From a bacterium (GTDB lineage: Bacteria; SZUA-182; DTGQ01): a stretch of DNA of 64,000 nt. The stretch spans positions 96 through 64,095 of the forward strand of contig JBFMGO010000010.1 of NCBI GenBank assembly GCA_040752695.1. The letters run 5' to 3'. A program made the position numbers and the translations under genes. Positions 28,654-39,364 of this stretch are shown here, one piece after another (positions within the stretch are counted from its first letter, which is position 1; each line of letters starts with the position of its first letter). The notes beneath the pieces were generated by a model that was not told where the DNA came from, did no database searches, and was given only the letters and a program-made list of their open reading frames with translations.

Positions 28654-31600
28654 ATGAGTCTGACCTCTTTTTCGGTTAAGCGCCCTGTGGCGACCACCGT
28701 CTTCTATCTGGCTGTTATGGTTATCGGTTTTTTTTCCCTGGCCAAAATCGGCATTGATCTTTTTCCTCCCGTGGAGTTTCCCTTTGTCAGTATCGTCACT
28801 GTCTATAAAGGAGCCAGCCCTGCGGACATCGAAACTTTGATTTCGAAAAAAATTGAAGATGCGGTCAGTGAAATTGACGGCATCAGACATATCAGCTCCA
28901 TCTCCATGGAGGATGTATCCCAGGTCTTTATCGAGTTCGAGATGAAGAAAAAGCTCGATGTCGTGGCTCAGGACGTACGGGAAAAGGTCGATCTGATCAA
29001 AAATGAGCTTCCGGACGAGGCCGATGCTCCCATTATCCAGAAACTGGACCTTAAATCCAAACCGGTCATGAATCTGGTTCTGACCGGAGACCGGAACATG
29101 GTCGAGATGTATACCCTGGCCGATGAGGTCATTACGGAGAAACTTGCAAGGGCCGAAGGCGTAGCCTCGGTGGATATCATGGGCGGGAAAGAGAGGGAGA
29201 TCCTCATTGCCGTTGATCAGGATAAACTCTTTGCCCGCAACCTGAGTATGGACAGCCTGATTTCGGCCCTGAATACAGCCAACATGGATGTTCCTGGCGG
29301 GCATATTACCCAGGCCAGCCGGGAATACACCCTTAGGATGGAAGGGGAATTTGACACCGTAGCCCAGATCCGGCAGCTTTTTCTCACCAATCCTCTGGGA
29401 GAGACGGTTCCTGTCACCGATGTGTGCACCATTTCCGATTCCCATGCCGAACAGCGGAAAATGGCTATCATCAACGGTCAGGAGGGTGTGGGCCTGTCTG
29501 TGAAAAAGCGAGGTGATGCCAATGTCGTGGCTGTGGTCAAAGCCCTTCGCCAGAGGGTGGATGAAATTCAAAAGACTTTGCCTGCCGGGATCGATTTGCA
29601 GATCGTCAATGATGACGCGGTCTTTATCACTGCCTCCATCAATGATGTGCGAGACAGCATCCTTATCGGTATCGTCCTGACCACACTGGTTTTATTTGTC
29701 TTTTTGCACAGCATCTGGCTGACCATCATCGCCGCTCTGACCATGCCCATTTCGATCGTTGCCACCTTCATTCTGCTCCGCTTTGCCGGATTTACCTTTA
29801 ACATGATGAGCCTGATGGCCCTCGGCCTCTCGGTAGGGGTCCTGGTTGATAATGCCATCGTGGTTTTGGAGAATATTCATAATTATCGTCAGAAAAATGT
29901 GTCGGCAGTTCAGGCTGCCGAGGAAGGAACCAACGAGATTGCCCTGGCCGTAGCTGCCTCCACGATGACCAACCTGGTGGTTTTTTTGCCCATCGCTTAT
30001 ATGAGTGGGATTATCGGCCAGTTTTTTAGACAATTCGGTATGACCACAATTTTTGTCACTCTGGTCTCTTTAGTGATTTCCTTCACGCTTACTCCCATGC
30101 TCTATGCTGTCCTTGCCCGGGGAGAGGAGACAAACAAAAAAAGCATCCTTGCTCCCTTCTATCAGCTCTGGGACCGGGGCTATGAGAGAGTAGCCAGATC
30201 TTATGGGAACCTGGTGGATAAATCGTTGAGAAGACGCTGGCTGGTTATCGTGATTGCCCTGGCTTCTTTGTATGCTGCAACCCGTCTGGTCCCCTTTATC
30301 GGGAGCGAATTTATCACTGAGGCAGACCGGGCAGAGCTTTCGATCTCACTTGAGCTCCCGGCCGGAACGCCGCTGGAAAAAACCCGCAAGCTTATGGAGC
30401 GGATTGACAGGATAGTCCAGAAAGATCCGGATGTGAAGAAGCGGTTTATAACCATCGGGAGTTTATCGGGAGGTTTGGGCAACAATATCCAGGGGGTCCA
30501 TGCAGGCCAGATGCTGGTTAAGCTTTCAGACAAGGATGCCCGAGAAAGGACCGTTTTCAAGATCCAGGATGAATTGCGGGCACAACTCAAAGACTTTCCA
30601 GATGCCACGATCACCGTTGGGGTTCCTTCCATTGGGGGAGGAAGTGAAGCTCCACTGCAAATTGAGATCTTTGGAGACGATTTTGCCAAATTGGAAAATT
30701 TTTCCAAACAGATCATGGAACTGGCCCGTAACACGCAAGGGACTACTGATGTCGACAGTTCCTGGAAGCCGGGCAAACCCCAGGTTTCCCTGTATCCCGA
30801 CCGCATCAGGATCAAAGACCTTGGCCTGTCAGTGGCCCAGATCGCATCGGTTATGAGAACTTCCGTGGAAGGAACGGTGGCCTCAAAGTTCCGCGTCGAA
30901 GACAAAGAATACGATATGCGGGTAAAACTGGCCGATAAACAGCGGCAGGATATTTCCCAGATCAACAATTTTCAGGTCAGTCTGCCCGGCGGGAGCAATA
31001 TACCCCTTTCTCAGGTGACCAGAATCGAGAAAACATCGGGCCCTGCTTCAATCATTCGCAAAGATAAAAACCGGGTCATTATCGTTTCAGCCAATCTCAC
31101 CGGGGGTGCACATCTTGGAGATATCGTTCAGGAGATAAGGGCTCGATCAGCATCTTTTTTCCATGGTGGATACGGGATCTTTTTTGCGGGTCAGGCAGAG
31201 CACATGGCCGAATCCTTCGGCGAGATTTTCTCCGCCATGCTGATGGCCGTCATCCTGACCTACCTGGTCATGGCAGCCCTGCTCGAATCTTTCCTACAGC
31301 CTTTCTCTATTATGCTTACCTTCCCGCTGGCCATGATTGGCGTGTGGGGTTTTCTCTTTCTGACCGGCATGACTTTCAGCCTCTTCTCTCTCATGGCCAT
31401 CGTTATGCTGGTAGGTTATGTGGTCAATGTCGCCATTTTAATTCTCGACTACACTGCCGTCCTCCGAAAACAGGGGATGGACAGAAATGCTGCCCTGTCC
31501 GAAGCCTGCCGGGTGCGTCTGCGTCCCATTTTCATGACCAGCCTGACCACTGTCTTCGGCATGCTGCCCCTGGCTTTAGGGATAGGCTGGGGTGCGGAAA

Positions 31601-31752
31601 GCAGGGCACCAATGGCCGTGGTTTTCATCGGCGGCCTGGTCGCATCCACTCTGATGACCCTGTTCGTTATCCCTATTGTGTATACCTACATGGAAGATTT
31701 GACCGCCTTGCCAGGCAAATTGATCCGGAGATTTCGAAGGAGTGCTCAGTAA
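28654..31752 (+). CDS. RND transporter permease (AcrB/CzcA HAE1 family)
   Basis: 1032 aa. 12 TM helices with two large periplasmic loops. 'ALGLSVGVLVDNAIVVLENI' is characteristic. Confidence 0.9.
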   Translation: MSLTSFSVKRPVATTVFYLAVMVIGFFSLAKIGIDLFPPVEFPFVSIVTVYKGASPADIETLISKKIEDAVSEIDGIRHISSISMEDVSQVFIEFEMKKKLDVVAQDVREKVDLIKNELPDEADAPIIQKLDLKSKPVMNLVLTGDRNMVEMYTLADEVITEKLARAEGVASVDIMGGKEREILIAVDQDKLFARNLSMDSLISALNTANMDVPGGHITQASREYTLRMEGEFDTVAQIRQLFLTNPLGETVPVTDVCTISDSHAEQRKMAIINGQEGVGLSVKKRGDANVVAVVKALRQRVDEIQKTLPAGIDLQIVNDDAVFITASINDVRDSILIGIVLTTLVLFVFLHSIWLTIIAALTMPISIVATFILLRFAGFTFNMMSLMALGLSVGVLVDNAIVVLENIHNYRQKNVSAVQAAEEGTNEIALAVAASTMTNLVVFLPIAYMSGIIGQFFRQFGMTTIFVTLVSLVISFTLTPMLYAVLARGEETNKKSILAPFYQLWDRGYERVARSYGNLVDKSLRRRWLVIVIALASLYAATRLVPFIGSEFITEADRAELSISLELPAGTPLEKTRKLMERIDRIVQKDPDVKKRFITIGSLSGGLGNNIQGVHAGQMLVKLSDKDARERTVFKIQDELRAQLKDFPDATITVGVPSIGGGSEAPLQIEIFGDDFAKLENFSKQIMELARNTQGTTDVDSSWKPGKPQVSLYPDRIRIKDLGLSVAQIASVMRTSVEGTVASKFRVEDKEYDMRVKLADKQRQDISQINNFQVSLPGGSNIPLSQVTRIEKTSGPASIIRKDKNRVIIVSANLTGGAHLGDIVQEIRARSASFFHGGYGIFFAGQAEHMAESFGEIFSAMLMAVILTYLVMAALLESFLQPFSIMLTFPLAMIGVWGFLFLTGMTFSLFSLMAIVMLVGYVVNVAILILDYTAVLRKQGMDRNAALSEACRVRLRPIFMTSLTTVFGMLPLALGIGWGAESRAPMAVVFIGGLVASTLMTLFVIPIVYTYMEDLTALPGKLIRRFRRSAQ

Positions 31753-31818
31753 TCAAAAAGGCTGAAAGCCCCCCATCGGCCGGGGAAGGCCGGTCTTGAC
31801 CACAGTTGTTTCTCATGG

Positions 31819-32757
31819 ATGAATCCATTAATGCCTCGGAGACTGCTAGTGCCTCAGAGACTGCTCGGCGCCCATGTGTCAATTGCCGGAGGAATAACCA
31901 GAAGCATCGAGCGGGGATTGTCTATCGGCTGCAATGCCATCCAGATTTTCACCGGCTACAATAACCGGTGGGTCTCAAAGGCTATCCCTCCGGAAGATAT
32001 GGCTGGATTCCATAGGGAAAAATCCCGGGTCGGAATTATCTTTGCCCATAATAACTACCTGGTTAATCTGGCCTCTCCCAATTCTGAAACAGCCCGCAAA
32101 TCGTATCGTTCCATGCTGGAGGAATTGCAGCGGGCTGAAAGCCTGGGTCTGCCTTTTCTGGTTATCCATCCGGGCTCGCACCTTGGCAGCGGAGAAAGGG
32201 AGGGACTTTCACGGATCAGCCGGCACCTCAACAGCCTGCTGGCGGAAACAAGCGGCTCTTCACTTCAAATCCTGCTGGAAACGACAGCAGGACAGGGAAG
32301 TAACCTCGGATACCGGTTTGAGCATCTTCTCGAGATACTCTCTTTGGTTCACAATCAGGACCGGATCGGGATCTGCTTCGATACCTGCCACTCATTTGCC
32401 GCAGGATATGACTTTCGCACCCCCACGGGGTATCGGAGCACCTTCGAGGAATTCGACCGGATCATCGGGACTTCCCGCATCATGGCCTTTCATCTCAATG
32501 ATTCCAGGTATGAGGCAGGATCACGAAAAGACCGCCATGAACACATCGGGCAGGGTGCGTTAGGGCTGGAGGCTTTTCGGCTGCTTCTCAATGATGAGCG
32601 CTTTGCACATGTACCCATGGTCATAGAAACTCCCAAGGGCAGAGAGAAGGGGAAGAGGACAGAGACGGGGACAGGAATGGAAGAGGACAGACGAAATCTT
32701 GCACTCTTACGCTCTCTGATCCAAAACAATCCCTTGAGATCCAAAACAATCCTTTGA
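31819..32757 (+). CDS. nfo: deoxyribonuclease IV (endonuclease IV, AP endonuclease family 2)
   Basis: 'LGAHVSIAGG', 'VIHPGSH', 'LETTAGQGSNLG', 'ICFDTCHSFAAGYD', 'AFHLNDS'. Carries an unusual approximately 35-aa C-terminal tail. Confidence 0.85.
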   Translation: MNPLMPRRLLVPQRLLGAHVSIAGGITRSIERGLSIGCNAIQIFTGYNNRWVSKAIPPEDMAGFHREKSRVGIIFAHNNYLVNLASPNSETARKSYRSMLEELQRAESLGLPFLVIHPGSHLGSGEREGLSRISRHLNSLLAETSGSSLQILLETTAGQGSNLGYRFEHLLEILSLVHNQDRIGICFDTCHSFAAGYDFRTPTGYRSTFEEFDRIIGTSRIMAFHLNDSRYEAGSRKDRHEHIGQGALGLEAFRLLLNDERFAHVPMVIETPKGREKGKRTETGTGMEEDRRNLALLRSLIQNNPLRSKTIL

Positions 32758-34473
32758 TCAGAAAATAGAGGAAGCCTCTCCCGAAGGACGGAAATCCTTG
32801 ATTTCCAGTTGAATGGTCCTGTGGCCATTCCATTCGTTGATATAGGGTTTGAAGGCAATGTCCAGGAGGTTGACCTTACACTCCGCAACCCGGTTCGCCA
32901 TATTCCAGCCGATGCAGTCGAAAGGCTGATCCTGTGCATCTGTCAGGCGGAACTTCAAGTGCCTGCCGCCATGGCCGAAGCAGCGGGGAGCAGACTTCAA
33001 ACGGCAATTAAAGGCAGCCAGGACCGGGATCGGATTTCCATAGCCAAAGGGCTGTAAAATATCCAGTTCCTCGACGCTGTGCATGGTCAGTTCCGAAAGA
33101 TCGACCGTCAGATCGATGTCCAGCTTTGGTATCAGATCGTTTTCGGACAGAAGCTCATCGGCTATCTGATTGATATTCTGACGCAAAAGCCCAATGTGGC
33201 AGCCCTCGATGGTCAGCCCTGCTGCCTGCCTGTGCCCCCCGAACTTGAGCAAAATAGGCGATAGCTGCTGCAAGGCGTTGAAGATATGAAACTCAGGAAT
33301 ACTGCGGGCTGATCCGTGACCGATTCCATCTTCCGTCGTAATGACAATAGTGGGTTTATAGTATGTCTCTTGCAGTTGGGATGCCACCAGTCCCACAATC
33401 CCCGGGTGCCATCCTTCACCGGAAATCACCAGAACCTTGCCGCTGTGAATTTCGGGATGCTTCTCGATTTCCCGGGCTGCATTTTCTGTCATTTCCTCTT
33501 GCAATGATCTTCTTCTCGTATTTTCCTCATCCAGACAGGTGGCGATTTCAGCAATTTTCTTCTCATCCGAAGCCAGTAAAAGCTCCGTAGCCAGTCCTGC
33601 TCTGGAAAGGCGGCCCGCTGCATTCAGCCTTGGGCCGATTTGAAAACCGATATGGCCGCAGTTCAAATTTTTCCCGAGCAATCCAGCCAGTTTCCGGATA
33701 GCCACAATCCCCTGATTTAACTGGTTATCCATGATCTCTAATCCCAGCTTGGTGATAATCCTGTTTTCTCCGGTAATCGGGACCACATCGACCACGGTTC
33801 CCAGCGCAGCGATCTCCAGATACTCGCTCAGCGAGGGGTGCGGGTCCATCTGCTGAAAAACGGCCTGCACCAGCTTCAATACCACTCCCACTCCGGCCAG
33901 GTTCTTGTACGGATACCTGCAATCCTCGCGCTGCGGATTGATAACCGCCAAAGCATCCGGAATCTGGCCGACAACCCTGTGGTGGTCAGTGATGATCACA
34001 TCGATGCCCATGGCACGGGCAGCCTCGACCGTATCCTGATTGGTGATTCCGCAATCCGCGGTAATGACCAGAGTGGCTCCTTCGGCCCTGGCCATTTCTA
34101 CCGCGGAAAGATGAAATCCATATCCTTCGTCGATACGATGAGGATGATGATAGGAAAAGGGGAGACGAAGCTCATCGATCAGCTTGGACAGCAAAACCAC
34201 GGAAGTCACGCCATCGACATCGTAATCTCCATACAGAAGCACCCTTTCTCCTTTTTCCCTGGCCTGAAAGATTCTTTTTACTGCTTTTTCCATATCCTGC
34301 AATAACATCGGCTGATGTAAGTCCGCCTGGGAACCATGGAGAAATTTGTATATTTTTTCCGGCGTATCAATTCCCCGAATGGCCAGAAGCCGTAAGACAA
34401 GGGGAGAGAGGTTGAAAGCGTCGGACAGATGAGCAGGAGGGTCCGCTCTTTTGATTTTCCAGATTTTTGACAT
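32758..34473 (-). CDS. recJ: single-stranded-DNA-specific exonuclease RecJ
   Basis: DHH motifs 'LLYGDYDVDGVTS', 'ITADCGIT' and 'IITDHH', plus a DHHA1 domain. Confidence 0.85.
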   Translation of the reverse strand: MSKIWKIKRADPPAHLSDAFNLSPLVLRLLAIRGIDTPEKIYKFLHGSQADLHQPMLLQDMEKAVKRIFQAREKGERVLLYGDYDVDGVTSVVLLSKLIDELRLPFSYHHPHRIDEGYGFHLSAVEMARAEGATLVITADCGITNQDTVEAARAMGIDVIITDHHRVVGQIPDALAVINPQREDCRYPYKNLAGVGVVLKLVQAVFQQMDPHPSLSEYLEIAALGTVVDVVPITGENRIITKLGLEIMDNQLNQGIVAIRKLAGLLGKNLNCGHIGFQIGPRLNAAGRLSRAGLATELLLASDEKKIAEIATCLDEENTRRRSLQEEMTENAAREIEKHPEIHSGKVLVISGEGWHPGIVGLVASQLQETYYKPTIVITTEDGIGHGSARSIPEFHIFNALQQLSPILLKFGGHRQAAGLTIEGCHIGLLRQNINQIADELLSENDLIPKLDIDLTVDLSELTMHSVEELDILQPFGYGNPIPVLAAFNCRLKSAPRCFGHGGRHLKFRLTDAQDQPFDCIGWNMANRVAECKVNLLDIAFKPYINEWNGHRTIQLEIKDFRPSGEASSIF

Positions 34474-35296
34474 AGCTGCTTATATTCCTTTTAATTCAGC
34501 CTTCATGTATATCAGGTAAATTTTTAGATTGAAAGCACATTTATTCTAACGACAAAGCCAAGGGCACTTCAGTAAAGAAGTCAGGTAAGAGTATAGTACT
34601 TCAATGCTTTTTTGTATAGGACTTTTTTCCTGTATGCCGATTTTTTGCTGTCTGGAACACATAAGAACAGATAGCTACTTTTATATCCGTAACTTGCCAT
34701 CAGAGGGTGCAATCTCCCGCCTCAGCACTTGATTAGGAAATAATAGCCGGACCTTCAATCAGCCGAGCCTCAACTGTGTCAAAATATTGGCTGATGATTG
34801 GATTCATGAGTCAACTTCTTGCTCCAACAATGCCATCCGCTTTTCAATGCTTATCACCATTTCCACTCCATAAATCATTTTACAATCTATTATACATAAT
34901 TTTATAGTTATTTTTCAAGATATGCACTGTGTATTTCATCCTGGTTTCACTTGGCGTTTCATGCTCTCTCCAGCACATTCCAAAGTGAGAATTGCCGGGA
35001 TAAATCTTGATTTAATGATAAGGGTCAGTTATAATACCAAAATTGGAAATTTGGCGCCTGCCTGATGAGATCCCTGCCACATCAGGCGATTCCCGGAATT
35101 TCCAGCCATGCCCTTCGTAATTACGGCAGAAGCGGGTTCTTTGGGGGAAATACTTCCTTAAAATAACATCTTAGTAGAGACATCGGTTTAGGACGAATGG
35201 TTAAAGCGGAAATGAATCCCATGTTTTTTACCAGACATTCCGAGAAGTGTTTTGAAAAGGTTTCCCTAAAAATGAACCACTCTTTGGAACAGGGCG

Positions 35297-36319
35297 ATGA
35301 AATCACAAGAAGGGTATTTGAAACTCAATACGTATGAAATTTCCTTTACTTGCTTGACAGTATTGATGCTATTTGCTATTCATATTTACGGTGCTCTGAC
35401 CGTACCCCTTGTAATCGATAATCCAAAAGGAAAAATCATCGAAATTCAAAAAGGGATGAGTATCACTGAGATTTCTTATCTCCTCAAAAAGGAAAAAATC
35501 ATCAGGGATGTTTGGCTATTCAATCTGCTGACCAGGCTCAAGCCTGGAATGATTATCAAGGCAGGGGAATATAAACTGGATTCAGCGATGAAGCTGAATA
35601 CGCTGCACCTGCTCGATATCCTGCAAGAGGGAAAAACCGTCTGTCACAAAGTGACTATTCCGGAGGGGTGCACTATCCGGCAAGTAGCCGGGATACTGGC
35701 TGGTCGCGATTTGGCTGATCAGGAAAAATTCATCGAGGTTGCCAATGATCCGAATTTGGCCAGGCAGCTTGGCATTGAGGCCGATAGTCTGGAAGGCTAT
35801 CTTTTTCCTGATACGTATTATTTCAGCAAAGGGTTACCTGAAAAATCGGTTGCTGAGGCCATGGTTGCGCGATTTCATAAAGCCATTCCCCTTGAGTGGG
35901 AGGAGCGATGCAGGGAGATGGAATTTAATCTCCACCAGATCATTACTCTGGCCTCGCTGATTGAAAAGGAGACCTCCATGCAGGAGGAAAAGCCTCTTAT
36001 CTCAGCAACCTATCACAATAGATTGCGGGACGGTATGCGTTTGCAATGTGATCCGACAGTGATTTATTCACTGGGAAGCTTTAACGGGACTCTGACAAGA
36101 GAGCACCTTTCGATTGATTCTCCGTATAATACCTATCGTATATGCGGCCTTCCGCCAGGTCCTATTGCCAATCCTGGTGCAGACTCGATAAGGGCAGCTC
36201 TGTACCCTGTCAAGGTTGGCTATCGCTATTTCGTCTCGAAGAATAACGGAACGCATCAGTTCTCCTGCACTTTGAAGGAGCACAATAAAGCTGTAGGAAA
36301 ATATCAAAAGCGGAGGTAG
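35297..36319 (+). CDS. mltG: endolytic murein transglycosylase MltG (YceG-like)
   Basis: N-terminal TM anchor. '[15 protein letters not shown]' and '[11 protein letters not shown]' are YceG family motifs. Confidence 0.8.
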   Translation: MKSQEGYLKLNTYEISFTCLTVLMLFAIHIYGALTVPLVIDNPKGKIIEIQKGMSITEISYLLKKEKIIRDVWLFNLLTRLKPGMIIKAGEYKLDSAMKLNTLHLLDILQEGKTVCHKVTIPEGCTIRQVAGILAGRDLADQEKFIEVANDPNLARQLGIEADSLEGYLFPDTYYFSKGLPEKSVAEAMVARFHKAIPLEWEERCREMEFNLHQIITLASLIEKETSMQEEKPLISATYHNRLRDGMRLQCDPTVIYSLGSFNGTLTREHLSIDSPYNTYRICGLPPGPIANPGADSIRAALYPVKVGYRYFVSKNNGTHQFSCTLKEHNKAVGKYQKRR

Positions 36320-36323
36320 TTAC

Positions 36324-37193
36324 ATGAAGTTACGCATAGGGATTCCTAAGGGAAGTCTGCAGGAATCTACAATTGCTCTTTTTCGGAAGGCAGGTTATCA
36401 CATTTCGGTAAGACAAAGATCCTACTATCCGGTAATTAATGATTATCAGATGGAGGCTATGCTCATCCGGGCACAGGAGATGGCAATTTATGTCGAGAAT
36501 GGTGTCCTGGATGTCGGCTTGACCGGTAAGGATTGGATTCTGGAGCAGAATGCAGATGTGCATGAGGTTGCCGAACTGGTCTATGGTAAAGAGGGGCTGG
36601 CACCGGTAAAATGGGTACTGGCTGTCCCGAATGATTCCGACGTCAACAGTATCGAAGACCTGGAAGGGAAGAGGATTTCCACGGAACTGGTCAATTTTAC
36701 CAAAAGCTATTTCCGAAAGGCCGGAATCAAGGCCGAGGTTTTGTTTTCCTGGGGAGCTACGGAGATTAAAGCCCCAACCCTGGCCGACGCCATCGTGGAA
36801 CTGACGGAAACCGGCAGTACTTTACGGGCCAATAATCTTCGCATTATCGACACCCTGATGGAATCGACCACGCGCCTGATTGCCAATAAAGGTGCCTGGC
36901 AGAATAACTGGAAAAGAGAAAAAATCGAAAACCTGGCCTGCCTGTTAAAGGGATCGCTTCTGGCCGAAGAAAAGGTCGGCCTCAAGATGAATATCGCCCA
37001 AAAGGATCTGGACCGCATTACAGCCCTTTTGCCAGCCATGCATACTCCTACCATTTCAACGCTCGTAGATCAAAACTGGGTTGCCCTGGAAGTAGTCATC
37101 GACGAAAAGGTTGTGCGAGACATTATCCCCGAATTAAAAAAAGCCGGAGCTACGGGGATCGTGGAATATCCCCTGTCGAAAGTGATTCCCTGA
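36324..37193 (+). CDS. hisG: ATP phosphoribosyltransferase (long form)
   Basis: '[10 protein letters not shown]', '[13 protein letters not shown]' and '[14 protein letters not shown]' with a C-terminal regulatory domain. Confidence 0.85.
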   Translation: MKLRIGIPKGSLQESTIALFRKAGYHISVRQRSYYPVINDYQMEAMLIRAQEMAIYVENGVLDVGLTGKDWILEQNADVHEVAELVYGKEGLAPVKWVLAVPNDSDVNSIEDLEGKRISTELVNFTKSYFRKAGIKAEVLFSWGATEIKAPTLADAIVELTETGSTLRANNLRIIDTLMESTTRLIANKGAWQNNWKREKIENLACLLKGSLLAEEKVGLKMNIAQKDLDRITALLPAMHTPTISTLVDQNWVALEVVIDEKVVRDIIPELKKAGATGIVEYPLSKVIP

Positions 37194-37326
37194 AAAGCGC
37201 CTCGAAGAAGGGTGAGAAACCCTGAAAATGAGGATGGAAGACTGCAAGGTAAGAGAGTGTACTGAGAAGGTCTTGCAGGACCTAAAGCTTACAGTGCAAA
37301 TACTTGAGGTGAAGACTTAAGAAGCC

Positions 37327-39246
37327 ATGCGAGAAAAGATACTTATTGCCGAAAGTAATCCCCAATATATGGGAAAGCTTTCGACTCTTCTGATTCAGAA
37401 TAACTATCAGGTCATTACCGCATCAAAACCGGATGAGATGATTGAGCATGTCAGGAAAGACTCCCCTGAGCTTCTGCTCTGGAGCTATTCTGTCCCGTAT
37501 ATAGATGATCAAGCACTCCTCAATAATCTCCATCAGAACTACGAAAACACTTCGATTATTTTCCTGGTGAACCAGGAAAATGAATCGCGGATTCGCGATC
37601 TCATCTGTGACGGGGCAAACGATTATCTGGTTGAACCGTTCGACGATTCACAGTTTCTGTCAACCATCGTCAATACCCTGAAATTCCGCCAGATCAAACT
37701 CCGCAATAAAATGATCTGCCAGGAACTGGTTAATGCCAATCAGAGATTATCCGTGAAAACCCGGCAATTCCAGGAACTGGTGGATTTTCATAACAGCATT
37801 CTGGAAAATATTAACGTCGGCATCTTCACCATCGATCCTCATTTTGTTGTCACGAGCTGGAATAAAAAGATCCAGGAGTTGACCGGAATTCTCAAAGATG
37901 AAGCTATGGAAAAGGATATTTTCTCCCTGATTCCGGTCTTGCGTGAGGATAACCTCCATCAGCGCATATCACAGGTCGTACATCATGGGGGGACTACCGA
38001 ACTGGGCCATATTTACAGCCTCAGCCCATTGGGTGAAAATGTCTGCTGCGCTTATAAAATTTCCCCCATCAGAAAAAATGGAGAAATCCAGGGTGCGGTT
38101 CTTCTGGTAGATGATATTACCCAGAAAGTCAATTTGCAGCAGGAGCTCAACAAAACTCAGAGATATCTCAGTCACCTGGTGGAAAATTCCACGGATGCGA
38201 TCATCAGCTTTGATTTAAAAGGCCTGATCGTCACCTGGAACCAGGGAGCGGAAGCCATCTACGGCTATTGCGCCGAAGAGGCTATCGGCAAGAAATGGGA
38301 TATTCTCCTGCCTGCCCATCTGCATGATCAAATGGCCCATCTTTTAAAGTGGGTGACTGAGAGCAGCTCGGTCAAAAACCTGGAACTGGCCATGATTAAC
38401 CGGGAAGGAAAAGAAATCCCCGTGACCATGAGCCTGTTTCTGATCAAAGATCCGCATGGTCATGTCTTTGGCCTGTCCTGCATTGCCAGGGATCAGTCCG
38501 AAAAGCGTGATCTCCAGAACCAGCTTATTCATACCCAGAAGATGGCTTCCCTGGGAACGATGGCTGCCGGTATGGCCCATGATATCAATAATCCTTTGGC
38601 CTCCATACTCGCCTATGCCGAGCTTTTGGTCAACAAGACGGAAAAAATCGGCTTTACCGAGCTTACCGAGCACTTATTGAAAGTAGAAGAGGATGTGGAC
38701 CGGATCGGTGATCTGATCAAGAAAATGCTCTGGTACTCCAAGCCCTCCTCTTATCAGGTCAGCCAGGCCAACATCAATGAGCTGCTTGATAAGTCGCTGG
38801 AATTCGCCCACTTTCAGACACCTGTGAACCATATTAAAGTGATCAAGGATTTTGATCGGCACCTGCCGGAAATTTCCACCAACAGCAAAGAATTGGTTCA
38901 GGCGTTCGTGAACCTCATTACCAATGCCATCAAAGCCATGCCGAATAAAGGAACTCTAACACTGAAGACAACCCAAAGAAGCACGGCTCAGGGAACGAAA
39001 GAGATCGTGATCAGCATCAGTGACTCCGGCATCGGTATTCCTGAAGAGAATTTAGACAAAATATTCCAATACTGCTTCACCACCGGAACCAGCGGTAAAG
39101 GAAATGGACTTGGATTATATGTAGTCAAGGCCATTATCGAAGAAAATGGGGGCACAATTCAGGTCCAAAGTAAAGTAAACGAAGGAACTACCTTTACCAT
39201 GACACTGCCCGCGAAAATCGAGGGGAAGCCTAACCCGTTCCTATAA
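37327..39246 (+). CDS. sensor histidine kinase with N-terminal pseudo-receiver and PAS domains
   Basis: H-box 'HDINNPLASILAYAELL'. HATPase 'GNGLGLYVVKAIIEENGGTI'. Two PAS-like regions. The N-terminal receiver fold lacks the conserved acidic pocket ('IAESN', 'WSYS'). Confidence 0.8.
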   Translation: MREKILIAESNPQYMGKLSTLLIQNNYQVITASKPDEMIEHVRKDSPELLLWSYSVPYIDDQALLNNLHQNYENTSIIFLVNQENESRIRDLICDGANDYLVEPFDDSQFLSTIVNTLKFRQIKLRNKMICQELVNANQRLSVKTRQFQELVDFHNSILENINVGIFTIDPHFVVTSWNKKIQELTGILKDEAMEKDIFSLIPVLREDNLHQRISQVVHHGGTTELGHIYSLSPLGENVCCAYKISPIRKNGEIQGAVLLVDDITQKVNLQQELNKTQRYLSHLVENSTDAIISFDLKGLIVTWNQGAEAIYGYCAEEAIGKKWDILLPAHLHDQMAHLLKWVTESSSVKNLELAMINREGKEIPVTMSLFLIKDPHGHVFGLSCIARDQSEKRDLQNQLIHTQKMASLGTMAAGMAHDINNPLASILAYAELLVNKTEKIGFTELTEHLLKVEEDVDRIGDLIKKMLWYSKPSSYQVSQANINELLDKSLEFAHFQTPVNHIKVIKDFDRHLPEISTNSKELVQAFVNLITNAIKAMPNKGTLTLKTTQRSTAQGTKEIVISISDSGIGIPEENLDKIFQYCFTTGTSGKGNGLGLYVVKAIIEENGGTIQVQSKVNEGTTFTMTLPAKIEGKPNPFL

Positions 39247-39364
39247 AAGCTCAAGGGTCAAAAAGCCGGGAACCAGCACCCAATATCACAGTGTCCAGCA
39301 CTCAGCATCCAGCACTCAGAGAACGCAGCATCCAGTAACCACTAGATTAAGGATTAAAGGTCAT

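Noticed and set aside
35121-35306. 61-aa ORF upstream of mltG.
   Set aside because: No RBS, lies in the divergent promoter gap, and its composition is atypical of coding sequence.
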